Positions 10,934 to 22,574 are shown, counted from the stretch's first letter. The stretch: DNA of 64,000 nucleotides from Nitrospirota bacterium (GCA_963845065.1 CAWJQQ010000007.1:32001-96000); one strand, 5' to 3'. The notes: generated by a model from the sequence alone, not told the origin. Program-made: numbers and translations.

Positions 10934-11554
10934 CGGTATTATTAGTCAGTCCGTCGGATAAGCCGAAATTAAGCGATAGTTCTGTTTCCTACTCAATCAC
11001 GCCACTGGCATTCACGAGTTTGTGATCACTCAAAAGTTGAGCTGCGTACTGAAGCATTTTGTCACTGGGAAAAGGCCTTCAGCATCCGAAGGTAATTCCG
11101 GTTCATCATCATCGACAGCCACTGGAACAATGCTATTGATGATGTTAGGGCAGAGAGAACTCAGTATGATTGATGCAACATTGGTTATTGGCTGGAAAAT
11201 CAAGGAGCCTGAACTTGCCTACGATGTTCATATGAAGATGCCGAAAAAGGTCATGCTGCTGGAGGTCTGTCTCCTGGTATGAGCAGGCTTTACATTGAAA
11301 TGGGCAAAGCTTTATAACGAATGACGTATCGCCGCATACTACACCAACGTTATCGAAACAATCCTGCGACGAGTCTTTTGTGCCGATTTACTCTCAAAAA
11401 AGCCGTGTAGGGTACATGTTTTGGAAAAGGGCATTAGCCCCACATACCCTACTCTAGTATGCATCAAGTCGCTGCAATGGTTGTTAGGGTAGTAAGAGTT
11501 CCCGTTTAGACAAAAGAACTCATTATTTCACGTGCTACAGTGAAAAAATGCGAT

Positions 11555-13060
11555 TTAATTTTTAGACATCCGCAGTATTTTTTCGTGGCGCAAAAATACT
11601 TTTCGAAAGTGAAATCCGTAAATTGATAGTGTTATAGCGTGTGGAAAGAGTTTGGGTCGTGTGAAAAGCGACCAGGTAATAAGCTTCCAGTAATGGACAC
11701 GCTCTCTCCCGATGATGCCGAGACGAAAGACCGACTTGATTGCCGCATTGAAATGGCTGACCCGAAAGTAGGATCTCTTTAACTCTACGGGACGGTACTC
11801 TTTCAAAAATTTCTTCACTCGTGCATAGTAGTGCTTCGGAGAATAGATTGTATTGAGAATAGAGCGGTAGCCCGTCAGGAGAGCCTCGTTACTCATTTTC
11901 GGGATGAAGTTGATCGAAAAGTCTGTATTGTCGCCACTTGACGACTTCACGAGTCTCCCCTCCTCCTTCATTCGGTGGTACAGTTTGGTGCCATGAGGCG
12001 CATTCAGCAAACCGACCATTGCTGTCACGATTCCACTTTCCTGGATAAACCCGATTAATCGTTCGAAGATGGAATCTGGGTCTTTGTCGAACCCTACAAT
12101 GAACCCTGCCTGCACTTCGAGACCTGCGTGCTGTATCTTCCTGACAGAGGCGATAAGATCGCGGTTCCGGTTTTGAAGTTTGCTGCACTCGGCTAAGCTT
12201 TCATCATTTGGCGATTCGATTCCCACGAAGACCTGGTCGAACCCGGCTTTGACCATGAGTCTCATTAATTCATCGTCATCAGAGAGGTTAATAGAAACTT
12301 CCGTGTAGAGCGTAAATGGATACTTATGCTTCTCCATCCATTCGATGATAGCAGGAAGGAGCTCTTTTTTCAGCTTACCTTTGTTGCCGATGAAATTATC
12401 ATCCACGATGAACACACCACCCTTCCATCGTTGGGTGTACAATGCCTCGAACTCTGCCAGAACCTGATCAACGCTTTTAGTGCGAGGAACGCGTCCATAG
12501 AGGACGGTAATGTTGCAGAAGTCGCAATCAAAAGGGCAACCCCGCGAATACTGGATGTTCATGGATGCGTACTTTCTCTTATTCAGAAGGCCGAAGCGCG
12601 GTACAGGTGTCGTTGAAAGGTTCGCCCATTGTGGCGAGGTATAAAGATGACGGGCCTTCCCCTGCTTTAAATCTTCAAGAAAGAGCGGAAGTGTAATCTC
12701 AGCTTCATTCAAAATCAGGTGGTCTAAATGGGCGAATTCCTCTGGCATTGCTGTAAATAGCGGACCGCCCGCAATTATTTTGACGCCTAGTTTTTTGCAC
12801 CGGGCGACGATGGACTCTACAGATGCCCTCTGGATGGACATGGCGCTCAGAAATACATAATCAGCCCAACGCAGTTCGGTATCTTTGATGGACGTCACAT
12901 TTTTGTCCGCCAGGCGGACTTCCCAGTCCGAAGGCAGCATAGCAGCGACTGTGAGAAGTCCAAGCGGTGGAAGGGTTGCCTTCTTGGAAATAAACTTGAG
13001 TGCATACTTGAAACTCCAAAAAGTTTCTGGATATTTTGGATAAACGAGCAGTATTTTCAT
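11555..13060 (-). CDS. B12-binding radical SAM protein with DUF4070-like C-terminus
   Basis: PPLGLLTVAAMLP B12-binding start; RGCPFDCDFC motif; FIVGFD. Confidence 0.9.
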   Translation of the reverse strand: MKILLVYPKYPETFWSFKYALKFISKKATLPPLGLLTVAAMLPSDWEVRLADKNVTSIKDTELRWADYVFLSAMSIQRASVESIVARCKKLGVKIIAGGPLFTAMPEEFAHLDHLILNEAEITLPLFLEDLKQGKARHLYTSPQWANLSTTPVPRFGLLNKRKYASMNIQYSRGCPFDCDFCNITVLYGRVPRTKSVDQVLAEFEALYTQRWKGGVFIVDDNFIGNKGKLKKELLPAIIEWMEKHKYPFTLYTEVSINLSDDDELMRLMVKAGFDQVFVGIESPNDESLAECSKLQNRNRDLIASVRKIQHAGLEVQAGFIVGFDKDPDSIFERLIGFIQESGIVTAMVGLLNAPHGTKLYHRMKEEGRLVKSSSGDNTDFSINFIPKMSNEALLTGYRSILNTIYSPKHYYARVKKFLKEYRPVELKRSYFRVSHFNAAIKSVFRLGIIGRERVHYWKLITWSLFTRPKLFPHAITLSIYGFHFRKVFLRHEKILRMSKN

Positions 13061-13607
13061 GAAACCCCCTTAGATTTTGCAATGAAATGATTTAACGAAC
13101 AGACAGGAGTCCTGAAAAAGAAGCAGAATGCGAGTTTGCCCGAAAAAAATTGTTTTTTTATTATCCATCTTTTAACCTGAAATCACAAGATATATTTTAA
13201 CTTAATAAGAAGCGTAAAATATTAATTTTCGTTAATCCTAAAATGTTAAGTTTATAAATGCAGCCGTGTTAGTCAACGCATTGTATAATGGCGGCAATTT
13301 CCTTACGAATTTCGCCTATAGATCTTATGTCTAATCAGAAAGACAGAAATCCGCAAGAAAAGAGATACATAAGGGAAAACGCCAGGTTTCCGTCTAAATA
13401 CTAACAAACTGACCAATTCAAGCCAAACATCATTAAAGTGGAACCAGCTTATACCAGCGGTAGTTATTTGCAAATCGAAAGATATCTTCAGTAAATATTC
13501 TTTATCAAACGGCTTGGATGGCTGAGACCCATTTTGTTTAAGGCAACATTAAATTGGCCCGATCGGTCTATCAGAAGACTAGGTGGTATGTCCACATTAC
13601 CTTTAAA

Positions 13608-13726
13608 GTGAAACTCCACCAGCGGGAGGTGGGGGCTTCCTTAAATGTTACATGCGACAATCATGCATGAGTCCTGCGGGCTGCCGCTTCATCACCAGAC
13701 AGAAGTCTGGTGTTTTTTGCGGCTCA
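13608..13726 (-). mobile_element. 119-bp ORF-less IS200/IS605-type element (ends only), copy 1
   Basis: Same length as 54342-54460 with about 18 mismatches; hairpin caccagac-agaa-gtctggtg; TTAT before one end, TCAC at the other. Confidence 0.7.
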
Positions 13727-13943
13727 ATAATATTCCTAAGCTTGAAAAGATTGAGAATGATCAGCCTTCACGCTTAGAAAGATGCCAAAGTTTTATACGG
13801 TATTGAAATAATTTGTCATTTCATGGTCCAAAAAGTCAAGAACCTTAGATCTATTAAAATCAGGAATAAAAAAAAGATCGGCTCATACATGTCCTGCATT
13901 TTACGTTCAAGTGGCAATGAACAGATCCCGATCTTCGAATCTT

Positions 13944-14942
13944 TTACGCTTGTCCGGCTGAACCGAGTACTTCTTTATTTTTATGGATGATCATCTTGAT
14001 TAACTCATCGCGGGCCGGACCGAGATACTTTCTAGGATCAAACTCAGCCGGCTTCTCTGCTAAAGTTTTTCGAATCATTGCGGTCATGGCCAGACGTCCA
14101 TCGCTGTCGATGTTGACCTTACACACGGCACTCCGTGCTGCCTTTCTAAGCTGGTCTTCGGGGATACCAACGGCGTCTTTAAGCGCTCCACCGTTTTTAT
14201 TGATTATCTGGACATAATCGGGAATCACGGATGAGGCACCGTGAAGCACGATTGGGAATCCAGGTATTCGTTTTTCGATTTCTTCAAGAATGTCAAAACG
14301 AAGCGGAGGTGGCACAAGAACGCCGCGTGCGTCGCGGGTGCACTGCTCTGGTTTGAACTTCATGGCGCCATGAGACGTTCCGATCGAGATAGCGAGGGAA
14401 TCGACGTTTGTCTTCTTGACAAAGTCTTCGACCTGCTCAGGTTTAGTATAAGTAGACTTCTCGGCTGATACGGCGTCTTCTATCCCCGCCAGAACGCCCA
14501 GTTCCCCCTCAACGACCACGCCATTGGCATGCGCGTATTCGACAACCTGTTTGGTCACTTCAACGTTGTCTTCATAGGAGTGGTGGGAACCATCGATCAT
14601 GACTGAAGAAAAGCCAGTATCGACGCAGGACTTGCAGAGTTCAAGGGTATCTCCGTGGTCCAAGTGCAATGCAAATTTTACTGGTGATCCTGCGTCCTTG
14701 ATCATGGCGACGGCTCCCATGGCGAGAAACCGCAACAAGGTTTGGTTCGCATACTTACGTGCTCCGCTCGAAACCTGCAGGATGAAGGGGGACTTTGATT
14801 CTACGCATCCCAATACGATTGCCTGAAGTTGTTCCATATTGTTAAAGTTGTATGCCGGAATCGCGTATTTGCCCCTCATCGCTTTCGCAAACATAGCTGT
14901 AGTCGTGACCAGACCTATGTCATTAAACGAAACTTTTTCCAT
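13944..14942 (-). CDS. fba: Class II fructose-bisphosphate aldolase
   Basis: LHLDHG, SSVMIDGS, GTSHG, VLHGAS and KVNIDSD motifs. Confidence 0.96.
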   Translation of the reverse strand: MEKVSFNDIGLVTTTAMFAKAMRGKYAIPAYNFNNMEQLQAIVLGCVESKSPFILQVSSGARKYANQTLLRFLAMGAVAMIKDAGSPVKFALHLDHGDTLELCKSCVDTGFSSVMIDGSHHSYEDNVEVTKQVVEYAHANGVVVEGELGVLAGIEDAVSAEKSTYTKPEQVEDFVKKTNVDSLAISIGTSHGAMKFKPEQCTRDARGVLVPPPLRFDILEEIEKRIPGFPIVLHGASSVIPDYVQIINKNGGALKDAVGIPEDQLRKAARSAVCKVNIDSDGRLAMTAMIRKTLAEKPAEFDPRKYLGPARDELIKMIIHKNKEVLGSAGQA

Positions 14943-15323
14943 TCTGGTATCCTCCTGATAAATATAATTTATTTCGTGGGAGAACTATGAGTACTTTAAT
15001 AGTACCGGCCTTAAACTGAACGGGTTATATTTTAGCATGAGTTTAATACAAACATCAAGTATTCTTAATTAACCTTTCACCGTGAATGCTCACGCAAATA
15101 AAGTTAAGACTAATCTATTGGTTGGGTCTTCCAAATGAAATATGTTTTCTGCCCGTCCACTTGAGTGATTGTCCCGGCACATTTGATACAGCCATACTTT
15201 AGCATTGATTCTTAGCGTGCCAATATGCTATATTCCCGTTGCTGACAAATGTCTAGATGCCTGCCAAACTAGCGATCTACTTCTGAAAGTCTTGAGATGA
15301 ATAAGGATAACTAAAGGTGGAGT

Positions 15324-16670
15324 ATGCCCTATAAAGCTTGGTTTCAATGTATCAATGAGCAGTGCAAAGCGCAATTCCCTCTCAATAAAATTATCTACCG
15401 CTGTGAGACCTGCGGTTCTCTTCTTGGTGTTAATCATGACGTGCAGGCCCTTGCTCGCCGAGATGCCAAAGCCTGGATGAAACTCTTCGAGGACCGGTAC
15501 AAATCTACTCAGTGGCCCTATGGTTCGGGAGTATGGGGAAAAAAAGAATGGGTCCTGCCGAATATCCATGACGACAATATCGTCTCGCTGTACGAAGGTG
15601 CTACTAATCTGTTCTGGGCGGAGCGGTTCGGCAAGATGATCGGAATCGACAATCTCTGGCTTAAGCTTTGCGGTAACTCACACAGCGGGTCTTTCAAAGA
15701 CCTCGGAATGACTGTCCTCGTTTCCCAGGTTAAACAGATGATCAGCGAAGGTGCTCCGATTGAGGCCGTTGCCTGCGCCTCTACCGGAGACACATCAGCC
15801 GCCCTTGCAACCTACTGTGCGGCTGCTGGCATCCAATCCATCGTACTTTTACCAAAGGGTAAGATATCCATCGCCCAACTCGTGCAACCCATAGCAAACG
15901 GGGCGCTCGTGCTTTCGCTTGACACGGACTTCGACGGTTGCATGCGGGTGGTTCAGGAAATTACCAAGGACGAAACCATCTATCTTGCTAATTCCATGAA
16001 TTCACTCCGGATTGAAGGCCAGAAGACAGTGGGCATCGAGATCGTGCAGCAGTTCGATTGGGCAGTGCCAGATGTAATCATAATCCCCGGGGGAAATCTG
16101 GGGAACGTGTCCGCATTGGGTAGCGGTCTTTTGATGATGCGCGACCTAGGCCTTATCACAAAACTACCACGTATCGTTGTTGCACAGGCTGAGAGGGCAA
16201 ACCCGCTCTATCGCTCATACCTCAGGAACTTCGAATCCTATGAGCCCATGCATGCCCAGAAGACCTTAGCCAGCGCCATCCAGATCGGCAACCCCGTAAG
16301 CATCGAGAAGGCCATCAGGACCTTAAAGCAGTTCAGTGGCATCGTAATGGATGCCACTGAGCAGGAACTGGCAGACGCTGCGGCTCTTGGCGATACTACT
16401 GGTATGTTTAACTGCCCCCATACCGGTGTTGCCCTTGCAGCACTGATCAAACTTTTAAAAGCGGGAAAGATCGATCGATCCGAACATGTCGTGGTCATCT
16501 CCACGGCACACGGGCTAAAGTTCACTGACTTTAAAGTTAACTATCACGAAGAAAAGTTCGATTTCCCCTGCCGGTTTGCAAACAAACCTATCGAGTTGCC
16601 GCCGACTGTGGACGCTGTCAAGGATGCTTTAAAACACGCACTAAAAAAGAGGAGAGAACGGAATGCCTAA
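15324..16670 (+). CDS. thrC: Threonine synthase (plant-like subtype)
   Basis: [12 protein letters not shown] lysine; [15 protein letters not shown] and [11 protein letters not shown] motifs. Confidence 0.95.
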   Translation: MPYKAWFQCINEQCKAQFPLNKIIYRCETCGSLLGVNHDVQALARRDAKAWMKLFEDRYKSTQWPYGSGVWGKKEWVLPNIHDDNIVSLYEGATNLFWAERFGKMIGIDNLWLKLCGNSHSGSFKDLGMTVLVSQVKQMISEGAPIEAVACASTGDTSAALATYCAAAGIQSIVLLPKGKISIAQLVQPIANGALVLSLDTDFDGCMRVVQEITKDETIYLANSMNSLRIEGQKTVGIEIVQQFDWAVPDVIIIPGGNLGNVSALGSGLLMMRDLGLITKLPRIVVAQAERANPLYRSYLRNFESYEPMHAQKTLASAIQIGNPVSIEKAIRTLKQFSGIVMDATEQELADAAALGDTTGMFNCPHTGVALAALIKLLKAGKIDRSEHVVVISTAHGLKFTDFKVNYHEEKFDFPCRFANKPIELPPTVDAVKDALKHALKKRRERNA

Positions 16671-17871
16671 GAATCCATCCAACCCGAAGAATTGGAATCC
16701 TGCCACACTCGGCATACACGGCCTAGACCGTGTTCATCACGCCAACTTCGCGGTTTCCACGCCAATCGCACATACTTCAAATTACTATTTTAACAACACT
16801 CAAGAAGTCTACGACTTTATGAAATCCAAAAGCGACGGAACGGTGATTCGCGAGCATGAATACGGTCGCTACGGCAACCCAACCCAACAGGAGTGCGAGC
16901 GTAAACTTGCTGCTATCGAGGGTGCCGAACGTGCAGTATTGTTCTCCACCGGCATGAGCGCCGTTATCCTGACGATAATGACGTTCATGCGCCGCGACGG
17001 GCACATTATCTTTACGAGCGACTGTTATCGGCAGACACGAGACTTCGCCGCAAACCTGTTGGCCGAATTTGGAATCGAGGTTTCGATGGTGGACCCAACC
17101 GCCGCGGCCATCGAAAAGGCCATCAGGCCGAACACGAATATCATCTTCACAGAATCACCGACAAACCCCTATCTGCGGTGCCTGGATATGCCGGCAGTGG
17201 TCAAAGTCGCAAAACGACATAACGTTTTGACCCTTATCGATGCCACGCTGGCCACGCCGTATAATATCCGTCCTTTGGATTTCGGTGTCGATGTAGTCAT
17301 CCATTCGGCAACAAAGTACCTGGGCGGTCACAATGATCTCCTTGCCGGCGTCACGCTCGGCTCGGACAAACTTATGAACGAAGTCTATCGCATGCAGCGC
17401 ATGATCGGCGCGACACCGGGTCCGCTAACCTGCTTCCTTCTAGAGCGAGGTCTTAAGACCTTCGGACTGCGGATGAAACACCACAATGAGGCAGGCCTTG
17501 CCATTGCGCGCATGCTTGAGGCAAACTCCAAGGTTGAGAAGGTCTGGTATCCCGGTCTTGATTCCCATCCGGACCACGCTATCGCAAAAGAGCAGATGAA
17601 GGGGTTCGGCAGCGTAGTCACCTTTCTCCTGCGCGGTGATGATGCTAAAACTAGGAAGTTCATAGACTCCCTCGAACTCTTCCTGATCACACCGAGCCTC
17701 GGCGGAAGCGAAAGTCTCGTTACGCAGATGTGGATGATGTCGTTCTTCGACTACCCGGCAGAGTACAGGAAAAAGATTGGGATGTCGGACAACCTCGTCA
17801 GGCTGGCGCTAGGTCTGGAAGATGTGGACGATTTGATTGCTGATTTAAAACAGGCATTAGATAAGGTGTAG
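16663..17871 (+). CDS. metB: Cystathionine gamma-synthase family PLP enzyme
   Basis: [26 protein letters not shown] and SLGGSESL motifs; overlaps the thrC end by 8 bp. Confidence 0.85.
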   Translation: MPKNPSNPKNWNPATLGIHGLDRVHHANFAVSTPIAHTSNYYFNNTQEVYDFMKSKSDGTVIREHEYGRYGNPTQQECERKLAAIEGAERAVLFSTGMSAVILTIMTFMRRDGHIIFTSDCYRQTRDFAANLLAEFGIEVSMVDPTAAAIEKAIRPNTNIIFTESPTNPYLRCLDMPAVVKVAKRHNVLTLIDATLATPYNIRPLDFGVDVVIHSATKYLGGHNDLLAGVTLGSDKLMNEVYRMQRMIGATPGPLTCFLLERGLKTFGLRMKHHNEAGLAIARMLEANSKVEKVWYPGLDSHPDHAIAKEQMKGFGSVVTFLLRGDDAKTRKFIDSLELFLITPSLGGSESLVTQMWMMSFFDYPAEYRKKIGMSDNLVRLALGLEDVDDLIADLKQALDKV

Positions 17872-18032
17872 AGCTTGTTTCCCACAAAGACACAAAGGGC
17901 AGTCACTACTACGGCGAGAATTCACTCGTGCCTTTTCGCGAGAGGCGGTCAAAGGTTTTAAGTTCTGTCAATTTTAAAGGAGGATTGCAAACACTGCATT
18001 TATGATTCCTGCATCTGTTCCTCCATCCTTGA

Positions 18033-18776
18033 TCATCTCTGCGTCGTAATGTCCTTCATAATCTGTCCTTTGATGAAATTCCTGAGCAATTCCTTGTCCG
18101 TATCCGTTATTTCACTAAACTTGAGACCCATCCCAGGTTCTTTAACTAACCCTTGGGCCAACGTGACGCTACGCACGACGACGGCCTTGAGTTTAACAGG
18201 AATGGAATGGATGATCAGGTTCACCGGGACAATAGTATTGACCGGCCTTGGATTCAGGGTACACACAAAGACGCCGTTTTCCGACAGCTCGGAGACGAAT
18301 TCGACACTGCTTGCAGAATCATTGGACGTATGGCCTCCGACCCGGACCGGCAACAGGGTCCGCAGTCGCACGAATTGCCGTGGCGTCACTTCAGTAGCGT
18401 GCTGGATGGCTTTATAGAGCGCATCCAGTTCCGCCGGCTTTCTGAGAAAGGCTGCACACCCGGAAGCACGACAGTGTTCTTCTCTTTTCTGGTCACCAAC
18501 TGCAGTATGAATGATGATAGGAATACTTTTGGTCGCAGGGTTGTGTCTGAGATGGACGAGTAGTTCCAGGCCGGACATCTGCTGGAGCGAAAGTTCTGTT
18601 ATGATCAGTTCCGGCAGAGCGGCATCGATGAGTTTGAGAGCATCCTCGCCGGAATTTGCAATGTACACGTCGTAGTCGAGCCGTTGAAGAATCGTTCCGG
18701 TTGCGAACAAATCACGGACGTAACTGTCCACGAGAAGAGCATAGGTCTTTTTCCTATCAGGCATCGTCTTTTCCAT
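18033..18776 (-). CDS. Atypical receiver + PilZ domain protein
   Basis: REC fold (PELIITELSL, FLRKP) followed by RQFVR and ELSENG PilZ motifs and GMGLKF; start uncertain. Confidence 0.85.
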   Translation of the reverse strand: MEKTMPDRKKTYALLVDSYVRDLFATGTILQRLDYDVYIANSGEDALKLIDAALPELIITELSLQQMSGLELLVHLRHNPATKSIPIIIHTAVGDQKREEHCRASGCAAFLRKPAELDALYKAIQHATEVTPRQFVRLRTLLPVRVGGHTSNDSASSVEFVSELSENGVFVCTLNPRPVNTIVPVNLIIHSIPVKLKAVVVRSVTLAQGLVKEPGMGLKFSEITDTDKELLRNFIKGQIMKDITTQR

Positions 18777-18919
18777 CACAGCAAGGTCAATCACAGCAGT
18801 AATGACTCCTTTTTCCATACTGAAATACAGACAGTGCATTGATTATTGCACGGCACACAGACATTGTCAATTGCAAGGTTCTCGATGTATTCCATATGCG
18901 ATTTTCTGCAGTCAAGTCA

Positions 18920-19345
18920 CATTTCTCCCCGCAAATACCATGATGCCATGCTAGCCTATTGCGCAACCGCTTCGTATGAACGATAGAGGTCACTTTCTTG
19001 GGGATTAAGGAGTTGAAAGAAACTACTCTCGCCTGGGCTAGGAAATAAAACGGAGCAGGTATGACTATGAACCCCCGTCTTGTAAACAGGGCCTTCGCGC
19101 GTATCATATAGTAGGCGGATGTAGCTATCACGATGTGGTCTCCTTTGACGAGTTTGCGCACTTCGTAGGAATTGTTAAAGCATATTTCGGGAAACATTCT
19201 CAATGCTCACCTGTTTCTTAGGCACGCCCATCGCGTTGGCGGAAAGCATGGCATCTGCGTTATTTACTTTTGTGGGAAATGGTTTACCGTTTCCTCCACA
19301 CAAAGCAAGCGGAACCGTAACTCTTTTTTGTTAACGCGACTCCCG
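18920..19345 (-). pseudogene. YdcF/ElyC (DUF218) family remnant
   Basis: LCGGNG, MGVPKKQVSIENVSRN, IATSAYYMIRA and VIPAP across shifted frames; boundaries approximate. Confidence 0.7.
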
Positions 19346-19411
19346 CAAAAAGGTGGAGCAACACAGTCAGTGGCACGATCAGAAATCATATCATTTTTTG
19401 AAGAACGTATA

Positions 19412-19609
19412 TCATAATTTACGACGAATCAATTTGTTTTTCGGCTCAAAATGCTGGCAGGGAATTCCTGAAGACTGAAAGACAACAAAAGTAGAAACAT
19501 TTTTTGATTTGAAACCCATAGCTCTACATCCATAGGGAAAGGCTTTTTCCCACGTGACGAAATAATGTCTGCATTTATTACAAGATATTGTTTCTTTCTG
19601 CTCTGTCAT
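19412..19609 (-). CDS. Small conserved Cys-rich protein
   Basis: CNKCRHYFVTW...PYGCRAMGFKS...SSGIPC pattern, 65 aa. Confidence 0.7.
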   Translation of the reverse strand: MTEQKETISCNKCRHYFVTWEKAFPYGCRAMGFKSKNVSTFVVFQSSGIPCQHFEPKNKLIRRKL

Positions 19610-19690
19610 AAGCCTGATTCTGTAGGATACGTAATTGATAAGACCTTTGTCGGATATCCAGCTAGGATATATAAAACAAAAAGGGATTGA

Positions 19691-20287
19691 TCAATATCCT
19701 ACGTTCCCGAAACAAGGAATGCAGACGATTTCTCCATTTTTCACGCGCCCGCGGGATTCCATGAGTTTTTCTCCGCACGCGGCACACCGTACTGACCCAT
19801 GAATTTTCGCTTGTTGAGGAGGTTGTGACATAACCTCTGTAAAAGCCATGATCTCATTTTCATCTGCTTTCAAGATAGCGGCTGCCTTTTCCATTTTAAA
19901 TACTTGCATCTCAACGGAAACGTCTTCTCCAGCCTTCTGTCTTTTTTTCAGTACCGAATAACGACCGTCGTCTTCGAACCCGCGATAGTCTTCGGATATT
20001 CTAATGCCTTTACCAGTACGGCGACTGAAAAAAGTATATACGTGTTTGCCATAGTCCCTAAAGATCAGGTTCCCTTTTCCGAAGGTGCAGCCGGTAATGA
20101 ACTGAATGGCGTCCGCAGCGCAGGAATCGTTCTCGATAATTGCAACAAGCTCCTCGTCCTCAGGTCGCTCTGCCTTCAATTCACGGAGCGCTGCTTTTGC
20201 CACGCGAAAGCCGAGCGCGAGGCCGGGGCAGAGATGGCCGTGAAACTGAACTGTATCTCTTAACTCGTCATTGTTCGGTCCATTCAT
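19691..20287 (-). CDS. fmdE: FmdE family protein with C-terminal zinc finger
   Basis: FHGHLCPGL, ENDSCAADAIQFITGCTFGKGN and CAACGE...CIPC motifs. Confidence 0.92.
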   Translation of the reverse strand: MNGPNNDELRDTVQFHGHLCPGLALGFRVAKAALRELKAERPEDEELVAIIENDSCAADAIQFITGCTFGKGNLIFRDYGKHVYTFFSRRTGKGIRISEDYRGFEDDGRYSVLKKRQKAGEDVSVEMQVFKMEKAAAILKADENEIMAFTEVMSQPPQQAKIHGSVRCAACGEKLMESRGRVKNGEIVCIPCFGNVGY

Positions 20288-20576
20288 GAATACCTCTTTA
20301 GTCTGTTTGTACAGCAGAGAGCATGCTGTCCGCAAAGAAATCCCTGGATGGAGTAAACTCGCATGCTGGTTTTTCCGCTATAACATTAAACCTGCTGATT
20401 GCCAGCGGCATGTTTCGTGCTTTTTGGAACGACAAGCTTAAGGTCCAACGCAATGCCATGGGGTATAAACTCTGCAATTAAATGATAAAAAGCGTCTTAA
20501 GCTTTACAGTGTTAATTTTATGCCTTTTGTTCTTCCAAGTAAATCTTCCGCCGCATTGACTTCCGCGATAACAATA

Positions 20577-21674
20577 TTATTTTTTAAAAATTAGTTTCGC
20601 CGCGAGGATCGCTTTTGCCCTCTTCAAATGACTTTTCACCGAATCACTGTCATTGATTGCAAGGTGGATCTCTTTAGCGATCTCCTCTTCCCCTGCCGCA
20701 CTCGCCTTTCCGGCCCATTCGCGGTAATTCTCGGCGTGGCTGTCGTCGTGTTCTATCCAGTGTTCAAGCATGACGTGTAATTTTTGCAGATTTTCGGAGC
20801 CGTGACTATGCTCCTGTTCGTGTGAGTGGCTGTGGTGCTTGTGGTTTTCGTGCATAGCGCCTCCATTTGAATGAATATGTCCGAAATGACCATGCCGGTG
20901 TACATGAGCCATGTCACCGTGATAGTGAGCATGTTCGTGAATAAGATTGACACCGAGCAATAGTTCATCATTTGTCATGATGTCAGAAAACGCGCCGTCT
21001 GCTGCAACGGCATGGTTTTCAGAAAGAACAACCGCCCGCTCGGCTATATCCCCAGCGATTGAGAGGTCGTGAGTGGCTGTAATGATCGTTTTCCCTTTTT
21101 TGTACAGGTCATGAAGAATCTCGATGAGCCAGACCTGGGTACGGGGGTCGAGTCCGTTCGTGGGTTCGTCCAATAAAAGCACTTCTGGGTCCATTGCTAG
21201 GCTTGACGCGATTGCTACCTTCTTTTTCTGACCATCTGATAACGTATGAGGAGCGCGGTCGCGAAGTTCCGTAATGCGGAGCGATACGAGTTGATTCTCG
21301 ACGATATCGCGGATTTCCTCAAGCGTAACACCGAGTTGCAGTGGGCCGAAGGCAATCTCGTCCCAGACTGTGGCTGAAAAAAGCTGAACATCGGGATTCG
21401 AAAACACGAGGGCTACCTTCTTGCGGAAATCCATGGAAAAAGCCCGGTCTAAGAGAGCATCTTCGGACAATGGCCTCCCGAAGGCTTTCGTCGTCCCTGA
21501 GTTGGGAAAGACCAGACCGTCCATGATAAAAAGGAGTGTGGATTTTCCAGTGCCGTTCGCGCCGAGGATGACTGTACGGCTTCCCGTCGGGAAGTCGAGA
21601 GTCATGTCCTGTAAAACCGGAACGCCGTTCGCATAGGCATATGTGATATTTTGCAAACTAAATGCAAGCGTCAT
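20577..21674 (-). CDS. cbiO: Ni/Co ECF transporter ATPase with His-rich tail, read in frame into a small helical protein
   Basis: GANGTGKS, LSDGQKK and LLDEP motifs; His-rich stretch; C-terminal LEHWIEHDDSH domain. Confidence 0.9.
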   Translation of the reverse strand: MTLAFSLQNITYAYANGVPVLQDMTLDFPTGSRTVILGANGTGKSTLLFIMDGLVFPNSGTTKAFGRPLSEDALLDRAFSMDFRKKVALVFSNPDVQLFSATVWDEIAFGPLQLGVTLEEIRDIVENQLVSLRITELRDRAPHTLSDGQKKKVAIASSLAMDPEVLLLDEPTNGLDPRTQVWLIEILHDLYKKGKTIITATHDLSIAGDIAERAVVLSENHAVAADGAFSDIMTNDELLLGVNLIHEHAHYHGDMAHVHRHGHFGHIHSNGGAMHENHKHHSHSHEQEHSHGSENLQKLHVMLEHWIEHDDSHAENYREWAGKASAAGEEEIAKEIHLAINDSDSVKSHLKRAKAILAAKLIFKK

Positions 21675-22555
21675 CTAAGTATTCCCCTGTCCAAGAGGAG
21701 TAGCAGTACTGCGACAGCTGACACAGTCAGCATCCATGCGTAATCAATGGCAGTGATACGGAAGCGGTTCACTGTCCTGAATTCACCGTGAAACCCCCGT
21801 GACAGCATGGCTTTGTAAACGTCATCTCCCATTTCGACAGTTTTTTTGAAGGTGACGCCGATGCGCGACGCCGTCCAATTTCGTTCAACGGCAGGGGCGA
21901 ATGGTCGTACAGTTCTGCTCAACCTCCCGCGGTACATGTCCTGGATCAGCCGAAGCAAAACGAAGAGATAACGCTCAGTCATCCCAAGAGTGACCACGAA
22001 TATGCGTGGAACGAACAGACTGCGAAGTCCAGAGAATATCTCGGCCCACTTCGTTGTAAGCGTCAGCAGTACGGCCAGGGAAACCGATGCCGAGACCCGG
22101 GAAACAAGCATTACTGCGCCCAAGAGCCCCTGGCGCGTCACCGCGAGCTCCGTGGGTATAGAATAAGGCCCCCAAGCATAACTCCGTGAGAACTTTCCCA
22201 GAACAAACACTGGCTCTCCAGGCGTGATGATATTCAGTACCGCTGGCAAAACGATAGCAGCTGAAAACAGCGGCACAAAAAGCCAAACGCGTTTAATAAA
22301 AAACCAGAGAGGAACGCTAGAGATGAATGCAAGGACAAGGCAGAAGCCATAGGCCATCCAGATTGTTTGCAGGGCGTGAAAAACACTTACAAGTACAATG
22401 AGGCATAGAAAGCTGACAAGTTTCACTCGGACATCGAGTACCTGAAGCAAGCCCGGCCGCCGGGCAAAGACCTCGGAGAGCAGAGACTGCTCCGTGATTT
22501 GAGCTGCTGCCAACAATGTCTTGTCAAGGAATTTTACGCGCGACATCCCCGCCAC
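21671..22555 (-). CDS. cbiQ: Ni/Co ECF transporter transmembrane T component
   Basis: LDVRVK, ERYLFVL and YKAMLSRGF motifs; multiple TM segments. Confidence 0.9.
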   Translation of the reverse strand: MAGMSRVKFLDKTLLAAAQITEQSLLSEVFARRPGLLQVLDVRVKLVSFLCLIVLVSVFHALQTIWMAYGFCLVLAFISSVPLWFFIKRVWLFVPLFSAAIVLPAVLNIITPGEPVFVLGKFSRSYAWGPYSIPTELAVTRQGLLGAVMLVSRVSASVSLAVLLTLTTKWAEIFSGLRSLFVPRIFVVTLGMTERYLFVLLRLIQDMYRGRLSRTVRPFAPAVERNWTASRIGVTFKKTVEMGDDVYKAMLSRGFHGEFRTVNRFRITAIDYAWMLTVSAVAVLLLLLDRGILR

Positions 22556-22574
22556 CTGTATAAACCGTTACAGC

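Noticed and set aside
11022..11400. 86-aa ORF or decayed gene between clpS and the radical SAM gene
   Set aside because: No recognisable motif in any frame and no clear RBS.
15000..15323. SAM riboswitch or T-box upstream of thrC-metB
   Set aside because: No consensus elements recognisable.
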